From NCBI GenBank assembly GCA_051942205.1, contig JAVECO010000096.1, forward strand, positions 1 to 64,000: 64,000 nucleotides of DNA, given 5' to 3'. Each line of letters starts with the position of its first letter. The first letter of the stretch is position 1. This stretch comes from Coniocarpon cinnabarinum (lineage: Eukaryota). Below, one piece after another: positions 61,224-64,000 of the stretch. Under the pieces are notes generated by a model, which worked only from the letters and a program-made list of their open reading frames with translations, was not told the DNA's origin and did not search any database. A program made the translations under genes and the position numbers.

Positions 61224-61818
61224 TGTATGGATGATCCTACATGTGCGAGTCCGTCCGACGGCACGTGAGGTGGCTGCATTCTCGGATACGAAGACTTCAC
61301 GGGACGACACGGTGCAAGAACTCCGGGAACAAAAAATGGCGTATGTATCATGTTAAGCTCAACATAAGAGCCTCGTTGCTGTAAGAACGGGTTAGTGGTG
61401 ACGAGCGATACTAGAACGTCGTCCACATGCCTACGTAGTAAGTCATTCTGGTAGCTGCTTACATGGCAAAAACAAAGATGATGAACACAAATTTTGGCCG
61501 GGCTGCTGTATTGTCGTCACTCAGTTGCACAGCGCATGCGGCTCCTCGTTTCCAACCCGAAGTTGACATGATGCCATTTGGCCAGCATACCAAGTGATTT
61601 GTGTACTTTCGCGACGCCTGCGTATGAGCTTCTCGAGAAATAGTGACGAGAGCCCAAATACCGGATCGTACTGCACTCGCAAGGAACAGATAGGCAAAGG
61701 CTATGCAGCTTTTTAACTTGCCGAAGACCTCGAAGACAAAGTTCGCTGCGATGTCCGTCGCCTCCGTGCTTGTCCCTGAATACATGACGCTCTACATATC
61801 CATCTTTGTTGCCCATAT

Positions 61819-64000
61819 TCACTGCGATTGAGGCTGAAAGACCAGAGTCCACGCACCGCCAGCGAGGTCTTGAAATTCTACATTGCTGGCATGAGGCTGC
61901 GAAGGGTCGACCGACAAGGCTGCTGATGGACACGACGCCCCCTCTGGAGTGAGCGTAATCTGGCCGCACATGGACGGAAACCCCACTCTCACCATGCCGC
62001 TCGTACTATTTGGAGCCGCGAAGTGGTACGTCCACGATCCATTCAAAGCGCTCGAGTAGTGCGCGCTGAAGTTGCCGATTGGTGACTGAAATCCAGCCTG
62101 TACATCCGTGAGGTTGCCAGCCTGCGGTGCCATGAGCCACGTGCTGCCGTTAACGCTGATGGGTTGGATGCCCACGGCATAGCGACTGAGAATACCTGTG
62201 GGACCTGTCGACCAGCCATGAGCGTGGGAGATCCGTGCATCGTTGGAGTAAGGCGCATAGTGGATCGAGCCATCGGTAGAGTACCCTTCAATGAAGGTAG
62301 AGTTCGTCATGCATGGGTCATCAAGCATGAAGTCTCCCCACATGTACTCCATCAGACCAACAGCATACTCTGGCTTCCCAGCGGTGTAATACGCTTCCAA
62401 CTCATATGCGCTGATGAACGGGCTCACGGTGTCACCTGCCTCGGGTGCGGGCGCTCCGACCGCTGTCCATCTCGAGTGTAGAGCCTCAGTGATGGCGTCT
62501 ACTTGAGAAGAGTTGGCTGTCAAGTTCGCGAAGACAGCCCAGGAGTTGCCGTCCTGAGGATGGAGAAGAGCACCCTGCGCGGTGTCATTGTCTCGATAAA
62601 GTCCAGCATAGGAGTCCCAGAGGAGAGCATTGGCTGCAGTTTTGATGCCAGTGGAATAGTTTTTCCAGCTCGGGACCAAGGCTGTGTCATTAAGAAAAGC
62701 AGCGAGCTCACTTGCTAGCCCAAGAGTATTGTATAGGATGGCGTTAGCTTCGATGTTGTGACCGCCCATGCCAAATCGTAACCTAGAGTCAGCATGTCAG
62801 CACAAATATCTCCCACAAAGTTTTCCTAAATAGCAAACCCACCAGTCATTTGGACTAGTCACGTTCTGAAGTCCAGTTTCGTCCACCAAGCTGAGTGAGT
62901 AGTTGAGAGCTTTCTTTGTGCCCTCCCAATGACTCTGCAGAAATGCAGTATCGCCCGTGAAGATGAAGTAGTTGTATAGCCCGATTAAGCTGTAGAGGTG
63001 ATATGTGAAGGAGAAGCCTAGGCCAGTAGACGCAATTGGGAAGCCGGCGTACGGGAGTTGGCCGGAAGCATTTTGCAATGCAAACAAGGAATCCAGGCCG
63101 TTTCGCACTCCATTTAAGCTGTTGGTCGAGACGAACATGGTGGGGACCGCCACTGACATGTCGCCAGGCCAAACAATACGATCTCTCTTAGCACCGTCTG
63201 TCAAAGCATTTGTCCCATTGGTGATGGTTGCATTGAAAAACCAAAGCTGCAGCAGCTCGTTCTCTGGTATAGGATTGGTCTGGGTAAGAAACTGAGGAGA
63301 ATCAGCACACACGAACCTCATTAACAATGAAGAGGTTGGGTTGACAAAGCGTACCCAAATGGCGTCGCCAGCTGCTGGGTCGATTTCACAAAGCTGCGAT
63401 GTGTATGCTCCAGCATACCAGACTCGATTCAGAAGCTCGTTATTGGAGTCGAAGTATCCTGCATATTCGCCTAGGCCTTCGTCTGCTGCATCCGGGGCAC
63501 TGGTGAAATGAATGGAAGCTTCAGAGATACCAACTGAGCCCGTGGTATTGCTGATTATGCTCATGTATTTGAAAGCACCTCTTTGTTTCTCGGTAGGAGC
63601 AGTGTATACTCCAGGCTCTTGCGGCTGGAACCATAGCGGCTCATCAAGACCACGATCGCCAGTTGCATCACAAGCTTCGCCTGAGATCCACAGGGAGCTT
63701 TCGGTGAATGTCAGTCCTATGAACTGGCTGCTGTCGGAGACCGAGGAGACATTCAGAGAGACGATGCCCCCGACGTTCTTGCCAAAGTCATATGTCACGC
63801 CAACGGGTCCGTGAAAGGTAGTTGTGCCAGCTTCGATCGCGTTGGCAAGGAGCGCTTCAGGGTTCTGAGCTGTGCCATTGACGAATCTAATCGATTGAGG
63901 TAGTAATGTCCTCGAGGAAGGGGCAAGGTTGTACTGGGCCGGAGTGGCAAAACTTGTGGGAAGAAGAAAGCTGAGCAGGCCTAGGCCAGTACTGAACCTC
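61819..64000 (-). CDS. Secreted GH78 alpha-L-rhamnosidase (start lies just beyond the window); introns near 63354-63295 and 62821-62783
   Basis: YDFGKNVGG, LLNRVWYAGAYT, TDGAKRDRIVWPGD, PQDGNSWA, SHAHGWSTGPT. Confidence 0.9.

Overview
Gene-dense, intron-containing DNA from a filamentous ascomycete (Pezizomycotina-type GT..CTRAY..YAG introns, mostly 50-120 nt). About 23 protein genes can be modelled by hand: an ORP1-like protein, mitochondrial uL22, a PhyH dioxygenase, RPS13, Prp24/SART3, OPY2, SDH5, wetA, Slt2/MpkA MAPK, an S10 serine carboxypeptidase, an XRCC2-like Rad51 paralogue, SOM1, TAF8, a DHA2 MFS transporter, neutral trehalase, eIF3i, C1-THF synthase, SNF7, MBF1, a membrane RING-H2 protein, a G1 glutamic peptidase, a MaoC-like dehydratase and a partial GH78 rhamnosidase. 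The most notable non-routine signals are: (1) an unidentified, densely base-paired ~350-400 nt RNA-like element divergent from OPY2 and followed by a 5' splice site; (2) an intact 325-bp MITE with CAC..GTG ends and a 5-bp TSD (Transib-like signature) in the RPS13 promoter; (3) an apparent 2-nt micro-exon in the carboxypeptidase; (4) a hairpin in a weak RPS13 intron; (5) a dual-start C1-THF synthase. No tRNA, rRNA or CRISPR array was recognised. All gene names come from motif recognition by eye, not from database searches.
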